Source: Myxococcales bacterium (GTDB taxonomy: Bacteria > Desulfobacterota > Binatia > HRBIN30). Taken from it: a stretch of DNA of 64,000 nucleotides. The notes beneath the pieces are model-generated. The model had not been told where the DNA came from. It was given only the letters and a program-made list of their open reading frames with translations, and searched no databases. Shown in pieces: positions 32,442 to 43,085 of this stretch (position 1 is its first letter; each line of letters starts with the position of its first letter). The translations under genes and the position numbers were made by a program. The stretch is taken from positions 96,001-160,000 of the forward strand of contig JBBILD010000009.1 of assembly GCA_037445065.1 (NCBI GenBank). Direction: 5' to 3'.

Positions 32442-33854
32442 ATGGAGCATCCGCTGCGCGAATCGCTCGTGGCGCTAACCGAGGCCCTTCATCGCAAGCG
32501 GCTCTCTCCGGTCGAACTCATGCACCTCACTCTCGAGCGGATTCGCGCCACCCATGCCAAGCTCAACGCGGTGGTGGCCTTGCACGACGAGGAGCGACTC
32601 CTCGAACAAGCGCGCCTGGCCGAGCAGCGGATCATGCGCGGCGAGGCACGACCTCTCGAAGGAATCCCGCTCGGCGTCAAAGACCTCGAAGATGCAGCCG
32701 GCCTGCCGACCACCTTCGGCTCGCTTCCGTTTCGCGGCAATGTGGCCGTGCGCAGCAGCGTCCAGGTGGAGCGGCTGGAACGAGCAGGAGCCATTGTGGT
32801 GGGCAAGACCAACGCCCCAGAGTTCGGGTACACGGCGATTACGAAGAACCTGGTCTATGGCGTCACCCGCTCACCGTGGAATCTCGAGCGCACCCCCGGC
32901 GGTTCGAGTGGCGGCTCGGCGGCGGCGCTTGCGGGATGCGTGTTGCCACTGGTGACGGCCAGTGACGGGGGTGGCTCGATCCGGATTCCGGCGAGCTTCA
33001 CCGGCGCGTTCGGCCTCAAGGTGTCCTTCGGGCGAGTCCCGCGCGGGCCTTCGGAATACTGGGACTACCAAGACACGTCCGTGTACGGACCACTGACCAA
33101 GACAGTGGCGGACGCCGCACTGTTTTTGGATCAGGTAGTCGGTCCATCGCCCTGGGATCCGAACAGCCTGCCGCATCCTGGAATCTCGTACGTGCAAGCC
33201 TTGCGCGAGGAGCTACCGAAACCTCTGCGCATCGCCTATTCGCCCGACCTCGGTTATGCGGTCGTGCAATCGGACGTAGCTCGGGCCGTGGAAGACGCGG
33301 TCCGCGTGTTCGAGCGGCTCGGGCATCGTGTCGGGCAAATCTCTGGCGGCCCTCCGCAACTCGGGCGCGAGTGGGCGGTTCTCGGCGCCTTCGAGCTTGC
33401 CGCTCATTTGCACGACTTGGTGAAAGAACGAGAACAAGACTTTGGTCGCACCTTCGTGAGCGGTGTGAAATTGGGCTGGGAGATGCGCCCGGAGACCTGG
33501 GGAGAGTCCGCCAAACTGCGCGCCCAGCTCAACGCTTGGTGTGCAGAGACGTTCGAGCGCTTCGACCTTTTGCTGACCCCAACGGTTCCCTACGACCCAC
33601 CGCCGGCCGGTGGTCCCTTCCCGCAAGAGACCGAAGGCCGCGCGCAGATTCTTGCTGGGGTGGCCTCGTTCACCATTCCCTTCAATCTGTCTTGGCATCC
33701 AGCGGCAACGGTCCGTGTGGGCCTCTCGCGCGCAGGCCTACCCATGGGGATGCAGATCGTGGGCCCGCGTCACCGCGACGACCTGGTCTTACGCGCCGCG
33801 TACGCGTTCGAGCGCGAGCGCCCGTGGCACCCGTCGTGGCCCGAGGACTTCTAG
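32442..33854 (+). CDS. Amidase signature family protein
   Basis: GVKD, GKTNAPE, PGGSSGGSAAA, SDGGGSIRIPA. Confidence 0.94.
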   Translation: MEHPLRESLVALTEALHRKRLSPVELMHLTLERIRATHAKLNAVVALHDEERLLEQARLAEQRIMRGEARPLEGIPLGVKDLEDAAGLPTTFGSLPFRGNVAVRSSVQVERLERAGAIVVGKTNAPEFGYTAITKNLVYGVTRSPWNLERTPGGSSGGSAAALAGCVLPLVTASDGGGSIRIPASFTGAFGLKVSFGRVPRGPSEYWDYQDTSVYGPLTKTVADAALFLDQVVGPSPWDPNSLPHPGISYVQALREELPKPLRIAYSPDLGYAVVQSDVARAVEDAVRVFERLGHRVGQISGGPPQLGREWAVLGAFELAAHLHDLVKEREQDFGRTFVSGVKLGWEMRPETWGESAKLRAQLNAWCAETFERFDLLLTPTVPYDPPPAGGPFPQETEGRAQILAGVASFTIPFNLSWHPAATVRVGLSRAGLPMGMQIVGPRHRDDLVLRAAYAFERERPWHPSWPEDF

Positions 33855-33965
33855 GACTTGTGGGCGCTGAAACGTCTCTCCGCCGAGCAGTTCGGGCTCC
33901 GAAGCGGCGTAGGTTTCGACGGCGAGTGGCTCTGGCCGCGCCCGCTGCTACCAACCGGAGCGGCC

Positions 33966-34946
33966 ATGTGGATCTATTCCGTGCTATTGTTGGCCACCAT
34001 GCAGTTCTCCGGCGCGCCTCGGTGTGGTGATGCCTTTTGCAATCCGGCGGGTCCGCGGCCGTGGCCCGGAACGTGGGAGATGCTCTCCTTTTTTGGTCGC
34101 AAAGCGTGGACTTCGCTTGTTTCACGCCCGGGAAGTGCGCCGCGAGTGCCGTACGATCGCGCGCGAATGCTCGAAAATCCGAGCCTCACTTGGATCGGGC
34201 ACTCTACCTTTTTGGTGCGCATGGAGGGGATGAGTTTTCTCACCGACCCGATTTTCTCGGAGCGCGCCAGTCCGGTACCCTTTGCCGGACCGAAACGTTT
34301 GCAACCACCCGGGGTCCCATTGGAGGAACTACCGCCGATTGACTTCGTAACCGTCTCCCACGACCACTACGATCACGCGGATCTTCCCACCTGGGAGCAA
34401 CTCGCCCGCCGCGGCGCGCTGTTCCTCATACCACTTGGGATGGGCGACTTGGTACACAGCGTCGGCGGGCGATTCATTGCCCTCGACTGGTGGCAAAGCG
34501 CCGAGGTCGGCAAGGTCAAGGTGCACTGCGTCCCCGTACAGCATTTCTCCGGCCGTGGCGTGGTCGGACAAAACCGGCGCCTCTGGTGCGGCTGGGTGGT
34601 CGAAGGCCGCAAGCGCACGTTTTTTCACGCCGGCGATACTGGGTACTTCGACGGCTTTCGCCTGTTGCGCGAGCGTTTTCCGCGCATTGACCTGGCGGCG
34701 CTGCCCATTGGCGCTTACGACCCACCCAGCATTATGCGCTTCGTGCACATGAACCCAGAGGAAGCAGTGCAAGCCGCACAGGACGCCGGAGCGCACAAAG
34801 TCGTTGCCATGCATTGGGGCACCTTCGACCTCACCGACGAGGACATCTTGGAGCCACCCCGCCGTTTCACGGCGGCTGCGGCTCGGGCGGGCTACGACCC
34901 GAGCCGGGCCTGGGTCATGGCCATTGGCGAGAGCCGTTCGTGGTAG
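33966..34946 (+). CDS. MBL-fold hydrolase, NAPE-PLD/RomA-like
   Basis: WIGHST, SHDHYDH, QHFSGR, AGDTGY, PIGAY, HMNPEE, HWGTF. Confidence 0.9.
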   Translation: MWIYSVLLLATMQFSGAPRCGDAFCNPAGPRPWPGTWEMLSFFGRKAWTSLVSRPGSAPRVPYDRARMLENPSLTWIGHSTFLVRMEGMSFLTDPIFSERASPVPFAGPKRLQPPGVPLEELPPIDFVTVSHDHYDHADLPTWEQLARRGALFLIPLGMGDLVHSVGGRFIALDWWQSAEVGKVKVHCVPVQHFSGRGVVGQNRRLWCGWVVEGRKRTFFHAGDTGYFDGFRLLRERFPRIDLAALPIGAYDPPSIMRFVHMNPEEAVQAAQDAGAHKVVAMHWGTFDLTDEDILEPPRRFTAAAARAGYDPSRAWVMAIGESRSW

Positions 34947-34956
34947 CTGGCGCGCC

Positions 34957-36084
34957 TCACGGGGCCTTGCGCGCAGCAAAACGAGCGGGCGAGAACGGAG
35001 CTAGCAACGGTGCGCTTTCCCCGCAGACCGCTTCCGCCGCCAGGCGGCCTACTGCCGGACTGGTGGTCATACCATGGCCGCCCAGGCAGGTAACCCAGAA
35101 AAAGCCGCGCAGCACTGGATCCTCTCCGATCACGAAGCGCTCATCCGGCGCGAATGTGCGCAAGCATGCCCACCCGGTGGTAATGCGGGCCTCGGCGAGG
35201 CTCGGGAAAGCGCGGCGCATTTTTTCTGCCAGCAAAAATTTGGCAGCTTCATCCGTGGCCGGCTCCACTGGCGGGTGAGGCGTGGCATCGCACGGGCTCA
35301 TCAACAGCCCGCCGCCCTCGGGCCGGAAGTACACATCCAAGTCGTTGTGCCACACGAACGGCAAGCCCGAGGGCACTTCCGCGTCGAGCTGGCCGAGAAA
35401 AAGGTGGCGGCGCCGAGGCTCGACATGGAAGCCGTCCGCACCCGCAAGCGCAGCAATCTCCCCGGCCCACGCCCCCGCAGCGTTGACCACGCAGGGAGTA
35501 GCGTAATCCCGCGTGCGCGTGCGCAGGCCCCGGACACGCCCGCCTTCGCTGACCACGCTCAGCACCGGTTCATCGAACACGACTTCCACCCCGCACGCGC
35601 GTGCGCCCCTCAGGTAGCCCTGCAACAAGGCGTGGATGTCCACCACGCCGTCCGATCGGTTGGCCAGTCCCACGGGAGGTACGTGCGCACGTAGCAGGGG
35701 GACCCACTCGGCCATTTCCCGCGCGTCCAGCACCCGCGCATCCAAGCCGAGCGAACGCGCCGCCTCTGCTTTTGCGCGGAAGGCACTGGCGCTCTCCGGA
35801 TGGGAAGAAACCAGGAGCGAGCCGGTGGCGCGGAACAACTCCTGGTCGGTGAAGTCTGCAGGCGGTTGCCGTAAAAACTCTAGCCCTTCGCAAGCAAGCC
35901 GCGCTTCGGCGGCGTCTTCCAGCGCGGTAAACGCCAAGGCTGCGTTTCTCCCCGAGGCGTGCTTGCCTGGGATCTTCTCCCGTTCGACCAGCACCACGTT
36001 GCGCACACCACGCCGGGCTAGGAAGTAAGCCGTTGCAGCCCCGGCAAAACCAGCGCCTACAATGACGACGTCGGCGGTTCTCAT
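34957..36084 (-). CDS. FAD-dependent oxidoreductase (DAO/sarcosine oxidase-like)
   Basis: GAGFAG, ASGRNA, VNAAGAWA, GHGMTTSPAVG. Confidence 0.9.
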   Translation of the reverse strand: MRTADVVIVGAGFAGAATAYFLARRGVRNVVLVEREKIPGKHASGRNAALAFTALEDAAEARLACEGLEFLRQPPADFTDQELFRATGSLLVSSHPESASAFRAKAEAARSLGLDARVLDAREMAEWVPLLRAHVPPVGLANRSDGVVDIHALLQGYLRGARACGVEVVFDEPVLSVVSEGGRVRGLRTRTRDYATPCVVNAAGAWAGEIAALAGADGFHVEPRRRHLFLGQLDAEVPSGLPFVWHNDLDVYFRPEGGGLLMSPCDATPHPPVEPATDEAAKFLLAEKMRRAFPSLAEARITTGWACLRTFAPDERFVIGEDPVLRGFFWVTCLGGHGMTTSPAVGRLAAEAVCGESAPLLAPFSPARFAARKAP

Positions 36085-36130
36085 GTCGCAGGTTCAGCTA
36101 GCGAAACAAGCGCGCAGCGGCTGCGGCCGC

Positions 36131-37249
36131 CTACCTCTCCAACTGCAAGACGCAGTCATTGTCCGGAGGATCGGTGTCACTGAAGGCGTTTACGTACGCT
36201 GCAAGCTCAGCATCGCCGAGCTCTTCCGCGGTGTACGCAAAGCGTTCGTCACCGTCAGCGATACTTGGCCACCAGGCGTGCAGGCGACGGGCAACCTCTT
36301 CCGCACGCGAGGGCGGCAGCGAGAAGGGCGGCCGCTGCAGCGAGCGGGCGATGATGTGCACGAAGCTTTCCGTAGTGAACGCGCGCGAGAACGACTGCAA
36401 GTCGGGGAGCGAGCGAATGCGCTGCAGGCGGTGACTACGGATTTCCACTTCGCCGTCGCGGACAGTCACTACCCGGTACGCGTGTGGGAATCCAGCCAGC
36501 GAAGCGGTGACGATGTTATACAAGCCCGCCTCGCACTTAATGTCCTGGATGTGCAAGTGGCCGCTGAAGGTCAGGCGCACGCGATGCTTGTGGAGGATCC
36601 GCTTGAGTTCGTCCGAGTTTTCCACGTGAAACCACGAAAACGTCGGATTCACGCGCTCTCCAGGCACATGCTCGATGATCGAGTGGTGCAGGAACAGGAC
36701 AGTGTGGCGCTGCGGATCGCGCTGGCGAGACAAGTCGTCCTCCAGCCAGGCGAGGACCCGCTGCTCAATAGCGCCGCGGTCTTCTTCCGGTTTGACCGAG
36801 CCCAGTCCGACCAAGTGAATGTCCGGCGTCGGGTCGCAGCTAAAGGCAAGCAAATCGTCGCGCTGGAAGCCGAAGTCCCGATACAAACGCGGGATCTCAT
36901 GGGCGCGGACCGGCTCCACGCTGGGGTCGAGGAACTCGACCGGCCGCAGATGGGGTGGTCGAGGTTGGTCATGGTTCCCGGGCACGCAATAGACCGGCTT
37001 GCGAAAGCGGGAGAGAAGTTCGCGCGCGGCGTCGTGGTTGTAGGGCTCGGAGTCTTTGGTAAGGTCGCCCGCACAAAGAACAAAATCAATGTGTGGAAGA
37101 GCGTTGATCTCCTCGATCGCCTGCTCGAGCAACTCAACACTGTACTGATAGAGTGTGGGTTCGTCCGCAATCGGACCAGGTAGTTGCCAGCCCGTGTCCG
37201 GGTTCGGCACGGTCACATGCGGATCAGAAATCAGGGCAAAGCTCGACAT
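36131..37249 (-). CDS. Calcineurin-like metallophosphoesterase
   Basis: SDPH, GDLT, PGNHD, LHH, SGHLH. Confidence 0.9.
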   Translation of the reverse strand: MSSFALISDPHVTVPNPDTGWQLPGPIADEPTLYQYSVELLEQAIEEINALPHIDFVLCAGDLTKDSEPYNHDAARELLSRFRKPVYCVPGNHDQPRPPHLRPVEFLDPSVEPVRAHEIPRLYRDFGFQRDDLLAFSCDPTPDIHLVGLGSVKPEEDRGAIEQRVLAWLEDDLSRQRDPQRHTVLFLHHSIIEHVPGERVNPTFSWFHVENSDELKRILHKHRVRLTFSGHLHIQDIKCEAGLYNIVTASLAGFPHAYRVVTVRDGEVEIRSHRLQRIRSLPDLQSFSRAFTTESFVHIIARSLQRPPFSLPPSRAEEVARRLHAWWPSIADGDERFAYTAEELGDAELAAYVNAFSDTDPPDNDCVLQLER

Positions 37250-37306
37250 GCGAACCTATCCTGCGCTGCGCGTACGGGCGAATCAACTACCCACCGGCCG
37301 GCAAAG

Positions 37307-37344
37307 CAAAACGGCGGCGGAGCCTTGAGCCCGCCGCCGTTTTG
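37307..37344. terminator. Intrinsic terminator downstream of csp (symmetric hairpin)
   Basis: CAAAACGGCGGCGG-N10-CCGCCGCCGTTTTG perfect inverted repeat with A/T tails. Confidence 0.8.
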
Positions 37345-37370
37345 GTTGTGACTCGCGTGACTTCAGATCC

Positions 37371-37571
37371 TCAGATCTTTTGCACGTTGGTCGCTTGTGG
37401 GCCCTTACGCCCGGGCGTGACGTCGAAACTCACGCGTTGGCCTTCTTCCAAGCTGCGAAAGCCCTGGCCTTGGATCGAGGAGTAATGGACGAAAACGTCT
37501 TCCCCATTCTCCTGGCGAATGAAACCAAAGCCCTTTTCCGGGTTGAACCACTTCACGGTTCCAGTTGCCAT
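37371..37571 (-). CDS. Cold-shock protein (CspA family)
   Basis: [18 protein letters not shown]...DVFVHYS; AGGAGG RBS. Confidence 0.96.
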   Translation of the reverse strand: MATGTVKWFNPEKGFGFIRQENGEDVFVHYSSIQGQGFRSLEEGQRVSFDVTPGRKGPQATNVQKI

Positions 37572-37859
37572 GCGCGCTTCCTCCTTTCTCAGATTCGTTA
37601 ACCGGAGGTGCTGCATGTCCTCGAAGGGCCTTGCCGATCCGACGGAATGAAACCAACCATTCCGGTGTAACGGGTGTGCAACTGTATCCCGTTTCGGACC
37701 CCAGCACAAGGGCAAATTAAAAAAACTTTCACTAAGCGACGAACTCTCCAGGCTCGCGCGGCAGGCGTACTTGCCGGCCGGGCGACAACGACTCCCAAGC
37801 CTACCAGCGGTGGCACCGCTTCTGCGTTCTGGTTCGATCAGCGCCGCCCGTTCTGCGGC

Positions 37860-38883
37860 TCACCCCCGGACAGGCTGCCGCCGGAGTTGCCACGCCGCGC
37901 CCAAGCAAGCCAGAACGATCCACAGCGCCAACACGGGCTTGCTCGCCACCGGCGCCGAAACCGGGCCCCTTGCTTGTTGTGGCAGGGGAACCGACAAGCC
38001 CTCCCAATTCAAGATCAAGGCGCTTTGCGACGTATTCAAGCTTACGCCAGTGAGAAGGTCCGTTGAGCTGTTCAATGTCGCGACCGAGTCAAACACCGTC
38101 GCATTCGCGGCGGCACCCGCAATCGAGTTGCCCGTACCCGCAATGTCACCGAGGCCAGCGAAAAACATCAGCGCCCGTGAGCTCGCGGCGGGCACCGAGA
38201 CGCTGAACGTTGCTCCCAGGCCTTGCGTGCCGAAGCAAGTGAACACCGTCTGGGTGTAAGTCGCCGGGGTCAATGACGGGGAACCGGGACCGTACAACAC
38301 GGTGGTATTCACAGGGTCACCCAGCGGAGGACCGTCGGAGGTAACGATCCAGCGGTCCGCGATCGTAACCGCCGTATCCCCCGACGAGGTAGCGTCAACC
38401 TGAGTCGAGGCGTCAGATCCGAAATTGACCGGCACTTGCACTGTCACGGTCACCCCGGCCGTGCCGGGATTCTGAAGCCAGACCAGAATCCTCGCCGCCT
38501 GATGGGTGCTGGAGAAAAAGTACTGTACCCACACGTTCAAGCCGGAAAGGACCACCGGACCCGCCAAGAGCGCCGTGCCGGTGAGGTCCACGGTAGGGGG
38601 TGCGACGAACGGGTTCCCGTCTACCCACACACTCCACGCCAAGTCGTAAGCGTCGCCAGCTCCCGACCCCGATACGGCGTCGCCGATCGCTAGAGCCTGG
38701 TCGCCATTGCACCCGCCCCCAAACGGTCCGCCATTTGTACCTCCGAGATCATCCACAAACCACTCTGTGCTACCTAGGCCGCGTGGCGATCGCCTGCGGG
38801 AGCGATACAGGCGCAGCGACCGCCGCCGAACCAAGCAGCGAGACGAAAACGGCCCCTACCCAACCCGTGCACCGTGCCCGCAT
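37860..38883 (-). pseudogene. Frameshifted secreted protein with C-terminal TM sorting-signal-like tail
   Basis: GGAGG + ATG at 38883 gives signal peptide MRARCTGWVGAVFVSLLGSAAVA and stops at ~38770; the body continues in another frame to 37860, ending APVASKPVLALWIVLACLGAAWQLRR. Confidence 0.7.
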
Positions 38884-39023
38884 CGCGCAGACCTCCCTGA
38901 GAAGCGGCACCGTTACCACGCCTCCACCGACGTATCAAACGCTTTTCGTGACAAACGACTCTATGGATAACCGGCGAAGGTCACGACCTTCCCCGCCGTC
39001 AAGGCAGCCGCATCGCGTGCGCT

Positions 39024-41582
39024 CTACGGCTTGGCCGGCGTATTGGTCACGGGCGCATACGGCCGGCAGTACTGGAGGCGCAGCGACGGGCAGGGCGGCA
39101 AGGTCGCGGGCACCTCAATGCCAGGAATCCACGGCAGCACCACACGCGAAGGATGTTCGGGCGAGCGAGCGATGGTGTTCGTGACTTCGCCGTCGAACTC
39201 CAGCACCTCGAAGCGCCAGCGCGGCCGCGAGTTGCCAGGGCTGTCCACCGCGATGCGAATGCGCGAGCCGGCACGGAAGACGTGGGCAAACGGGAACAAT
39301 TCCACCCTTGCGAGCACGAACTCGCCCGGGGGTAGCGGCGCCAAATCTTCGCGCTTACCGCTGAAGGCCGGGCGAAGCTCGCTCGACTCTGCCTCGCTCA
39401 GCTTGCGCCGGCTGGCGCGCAGCCAGCCGCTCTGCACGTGCATCTCGTTGCCGTCCGGCCGCACCTCGCTGAGAGTGACCTCGATGTCGGTATCCGGGGC
39501 AGTGGACTGGATCCACAAATCCACGCTGCCCGAGCCAATCATGACCATGGTTTCCGCCAGCGGCTCGGTTTCGTAAGCCACTGCGGTTCCGGGCGCGTAC
39601 GGCCTCCAGTTCCAGTTGGGCAGCGCACGCCAAATCCCGTCGTCACCTCCAGAGAACGTGGTCAGTTGCGACTGGGAGGGGTCGTACAAGTAACGATCCG
39701 CCCCCTCGCTCGTAGGCAGCGAGGGGGAGAGCCGTCCGTTGGCTTCGAAGTACCAGGCCACCGGCGTCGTATTCGGCGGTGGCCAAGAAGGGAAGGTGAC
39801 CTCGGTTCGTGCCACCGGCGAACCAGGCTGAGGACTCCCGGCTCCGTTCTCCAGCAAGATGCGGACGCGCGGTTCTGCTTCGAAGCGTGCGAGAGCGGCT
39901 TCGAACGACGGCTCGCGTACGAAACGATCCGCCTCCACGGGCGGAGGCCGATCGATCCCGAACACTTCCTGTGCCAGTACGGACAGAGCCAGCCGAGCAT
40001 TGAGCGGCAGCACGGGGATCTCTCTCCGTACGTAAAACGAAAGGAACTCAAACCAGCGAGTAAAAATCGCTGGGCCCAAGGAGTCGGTGTGCCCGCCATT
40101 GGTGATGGTGAAGTGCAGCTTGTCGGTGCCGGTGAAGCGGTCCAGCATGTTGGGGAAGTATCCGCCAGTTTGTTCGTCTTGCCACGCGCCAGCCAGGAAC
40201 ACGGGGACATTGATTTTGTGGACGAACGTCACAGGACTTAGCGGATCGGCCACTTCGGGAATGTAAACGTTGTTCTCGCGAATCTTACGCAGAAGATCCG
40301 GGTTTTGGCCCCGGAAGCGTTGGTTCTCGATACACACCGTGTCGCCCTGATCGCGGCGTTTTGCCGACCAAGGCTGGCCAAAAGGCTGGGCGTCGCGTTG
40401 CCGCTCGAGAGCCCATTCTACAGCAAAACCGTTGTTGAGGATCCCGCCTGGATACAAGATGCCACGTCCGATGTCGGAGATGACCGACAAGGGCGCGATC
40501 GCGGCCAAATGAGGCGGTTGGGTTTGCGCGGTAAAAAGCTGGGAAATCCCGGGGTAGGAGACCCCGACCATGCCAACCTTGTTGAACTTGACCCAAGGCT
40601 GCTGGGCAATGATTTCGATGGCGTCGTAACCGTCGGTCACCTGCGCCGGCTCGAAGAAATCGAACGAGCCGCCCGAGCACCCAGTTCCGCGCATGTTCAC
40701 GCCCACCGCTGCGTAACCCAAAATACTGGCTAGCAACGAGCTCGGCTGCGGGGAGTCCGGGTTGGCCGGATCATAACCCGAGTACTCGACCACTGTCGGG
40801 TAGGGTCCGTCCTCGATCGGGCCCGGAAGGATCACGTTGATGGCGAGCTTCGTGCCGTCGCGGGTGGTGATGTACTGGTAGCCCGCCGAGAGCCGCTGCG
40901 ACGTGTAAAAATCGTTCGGCGGCACGTCGTCGAGGTCCCACACCGCCACGGGTGCGCTTTTGTTCGGCTCCGGCTGATCCGGGGCAGCAACGACGTAGCC
41001 TTCTCCAGGTGCTAACCCGCGGAAGATTAGCGTGCCTTGGCCATCTACGGTCCCGCTTTGCACCACATCCCCGTTCGGGTTGCGCACCACCAGTTCGGTT
41101 CCCGGCGTGGCATCCTCGATCAACAACTGCCGCACACTACTGCGCACGGCGAATCCCGGTCCCGGGGTGCTGGTTGCGGTCGGAGTGGCCGTCAGCGTTG
41201 GAGTCGCAGTCGGCACTGTGGCCGTGGGCGACAATGTCGGCGTCGCCGATGGCGGAATCGTCACCGTTGGCGACGGCGTGGGAGTAAACGAAGGAGCGGA
41301 GGTGAACGTCGGCTGCGGCGTAGCGGTGAACGCCGCGGTCAGCGTCTCCGTTGCAGTCGGGCAATGAGACAGCGACAGGCCGAGAGCTTGTGCAACTGGA
41401 CAAGACAAGGTCGGTGTCGCCGACGGTAAGGCAAGTGTCGCGGTGGCGGTCGGCGGTGTGGTGTTGCTGTTCGTCCCATTGTCGCTACCACAGGCCGCCA
41501 AAAATGCGGTCGTCACAACGAAAAGCGCCGCCCGGCCGAGGCCGCGCCCGAGGAGTGTGAACGGTTTCCTGCCCAATGCCAT
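39024..41582 (-). CDS. CocE/NonD (peptidase S15) family hydrolase, lipoprotein with Pro/Thr linker
   Basis: Lipobox LAAC, TPT repeats, RDGTKLA, RGTGCSGG, GVSYPG, C-terminal PepX-like FRAGSRIRIAV. Confidence 0.88.
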   Translation of the reverse strand: MALGRKPFTLLGRGLGRAALFVVTTAFLAACGSDNGTNSNTTPPTATATLALPSATPTLSCPVAQALGLSLSHCPTATETLTAAFTATPQPTFTSAPSFTPTPSPTVTIPPSATPTLSPTATVPTATPTLTATPTATSTPGPGFAVRSSVRQLLIEDATPGTELVVRNPNGDVVQSGTVDGQGTLIFRGLAPGEGYVVAAPDQPEPNKSAPVAVWDLDDVPPNDFYTSQRLSAGYQYITTRDGTKLAINVILPGPIEDGPYPTVVEYSGYDPANPDSPQPSSLLASILGYAAVGVNMRGTGCSGGSFDFFEPAQVTDGYDAIEIIAQQPWVKFNKVGMVGVSYPGISQLFTAQTQPPHLAAIAPLSVISDIGRGILYPGGILNNGFAVEWALERQRDAQPFGQPWSAKRRDQGDTVCIENQRFRGQNPDLLRKIRENNVYIPEVADPLSPVTFVHKINVPVFLAGAWQDEQTGGYFPNMLDRFTGTDKLHFTITNGGHTDSLGPAIFTRWFEFLSFYVRREIPVLPLNARLALSVLAQEVFGIDRPPPVEADRFVREPSFEAALARFEAEPRVRILLENGAGSPQPGSPVARTEVTFPSWPPPNTTPVAWYFEANGRLSPSLPTSEGADRYLYDPSQSQLTTFSGGDDGIWRALPNWNWRPYAPGTAVAYETEPLAETMVMIGSGSVDLWIQSTAPDTDIEVTLSEVRPDGNEMHVQSGWLRASRRKLSEAESSELRPAFSGKREDLAPLPPGEFVLARVELFPFAHVFRAGSRIRIAVDSPGNSRPRWRFEVLEFDGEVTNTIARSPEHPSRVVLPWIPGIEVPATLPPCPSLRLQYCRPYAPVTNTPAKP

Positions 41583-41795
41583 GTTCGTTGATCGTCCTTT
41601 CCGCGTGGTCAAAGGTTGTCGAGCCGGCGCAGAGCGCCGCTTGGAAACCGGGCTAGTTACGGCGCCAGTTGCCGTTTTGTCAACAGCGAAACAGGTTGAA
41701 ACGCACAAATTCGCCCCTCATCTGCAGGAGCTAGCGAAGAAGCCGCCGCTCTCCTATTCGGACGGGGCAGCCATGGCGCGGCTGGTACTGTTCTT

Positions 41796-43085
41796 ATGAC
41801 CAAGCTCGAACCCAAAGCGATCTTCCATCCATTGCAAAAGCTGGCGAGCGGTTCCCTTGCCGAGCGGCCCCCCTCGGCGCGGGAGCGACTCGACGCCATT
41901 CTATCCCATCCCCAGCCGCAAGAAGTAGTTGCCAGTCTGCCGGTGCAGGACTTTTATTACTTGGTCCGCGAGCTCGGGTTGGCGGATTCGAGTGAGTTGC
42001 TGGCGCTGGCCACCGCGGACCAGTTGCGCGCGTGCTTGGATTTTGAAGTGTGGGACCGCGACCGCGTGGTCGTGGAACGGCTTCAAGACTGGCTTGCCGT
42101 CATGGTGGATGAGTTCCTGCCTGCGCGTTTGGCACGCGCCGTGGAAGAGATTGACATCGAACTGCTCGCTTTCTGGCTGCACCGTACCTGCACGATCGTG
42201 GACCTTACGCTGGACGAGCCCGACGAAGCGGAGGGACCACGTTACCTGACTCCAGATACGTTTTTTGAGATCCGTTTTTCACCTTCGGTGGATGCACACA
42301 CGGCTCAATTGATCGAGCGCTTTTTCGAGCGCTTATACGATGCAGATCAAGAATTGGCGCGCCGCCTCCTACAAGAAGCCAAATGGGGGCTTCCAACTGA
42401 ACTCGAGGAATCCGCGTACCGTTGGCACCGCGGTCGGATGGAGGACCTCGGCTTCTTCGAGTTTTACGAAGCGATCGCCGCCTATGCGTACCTGACTCCC
42501 GAGCAAGCGCGGGCGCTGCGCGCTCCTTGGCGTCCGCGCGGCCCCCGAGAAGAGGCTGTGTCGGTACCCTCGCCCTTCGGCGAAGGTCTCGGCGAAGGGG
42601 GGTTCTTTGCCAAGGCACTGCGGCGTATCACGAACGAGCAGCTTCTCGAGGACTTGGGCGAAGCGTTGGTCACACTGATGAACCGTGTACTCAGTGCCGA
42701 CCGGGTGATTCCGGGCGACCTCGAACGGGTTCGAGAAGTCGCGACCCGGGTGGTTGCCACCTTATCCCTCGGGCTCGAACAGCTTGCCGAAGGCGATTTA
42801 GAAAAGGCGGAAGACGTCTTGCGGGAGATTCCTCTGCTTGTTGTCTTCCGTCTCGGCTTCTCGATCACCGCCGACTTGGCGCGCGTTGCGCAGCGCTTGC
42901 ACCAACGGGGCGTTGACGACCCCAACCTCGACCCGCTGTTGGAAAAACGACCCCTGTACTCGCTCGCTTTCGACGAGCCGCCGCGCGCAGGGGCACGGCC
43001 TTTCCGGTCGCTGGCCGACGTTGCACGAGTGCGCCGCTACATCGAAGACACCTACGGCACCGGAAACGAACAAGACTCGCCCTGA
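41796..43085 (+). CDS. DUF6178-like hypothetical protein
   Basis: LPVQDFYYLVRELGLADS...LDFEVW, ELEESAYRW...RMEDLGF; resembles a deltaproteobacterial conserved family. Confidence 0.7.
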   Translation: MTKLEPKAIFHPLQKLASGSLAERPPSARERLDAILSHPQPQEVVASLPVQDFYYLVRELGLADSSELLALATADQLRACLDFEVWDRDRVVVERLQDWLAVMVDEFLPARLARAVEEIDIELLAFWLHRTCTIVDLTLDEPDEAEGPRYLTPDTFFEIRFSPSVDAHTAQLIERFFERLYDADQELARRLLQEAKWGLPTELEESAYRWHRGRMEDLGFFEFYEAIAAYAYLTPEQARALRAPWRPRGPREEAVSVPSPFGEGLGEGGFFAKALRRITNEQLLEDLGEALVTLMNRVLSADRVIPGDLERVREVATRVVATLSLGLEQLAEGDLEKAEDVLREIPLLVVFRLGFSITADLARVAQRLHQRGVDDPNLDPLLEKRPLYSLAFDEPPRAGARPFRSLADVARVRRYIEDTYGTGNEQDSP

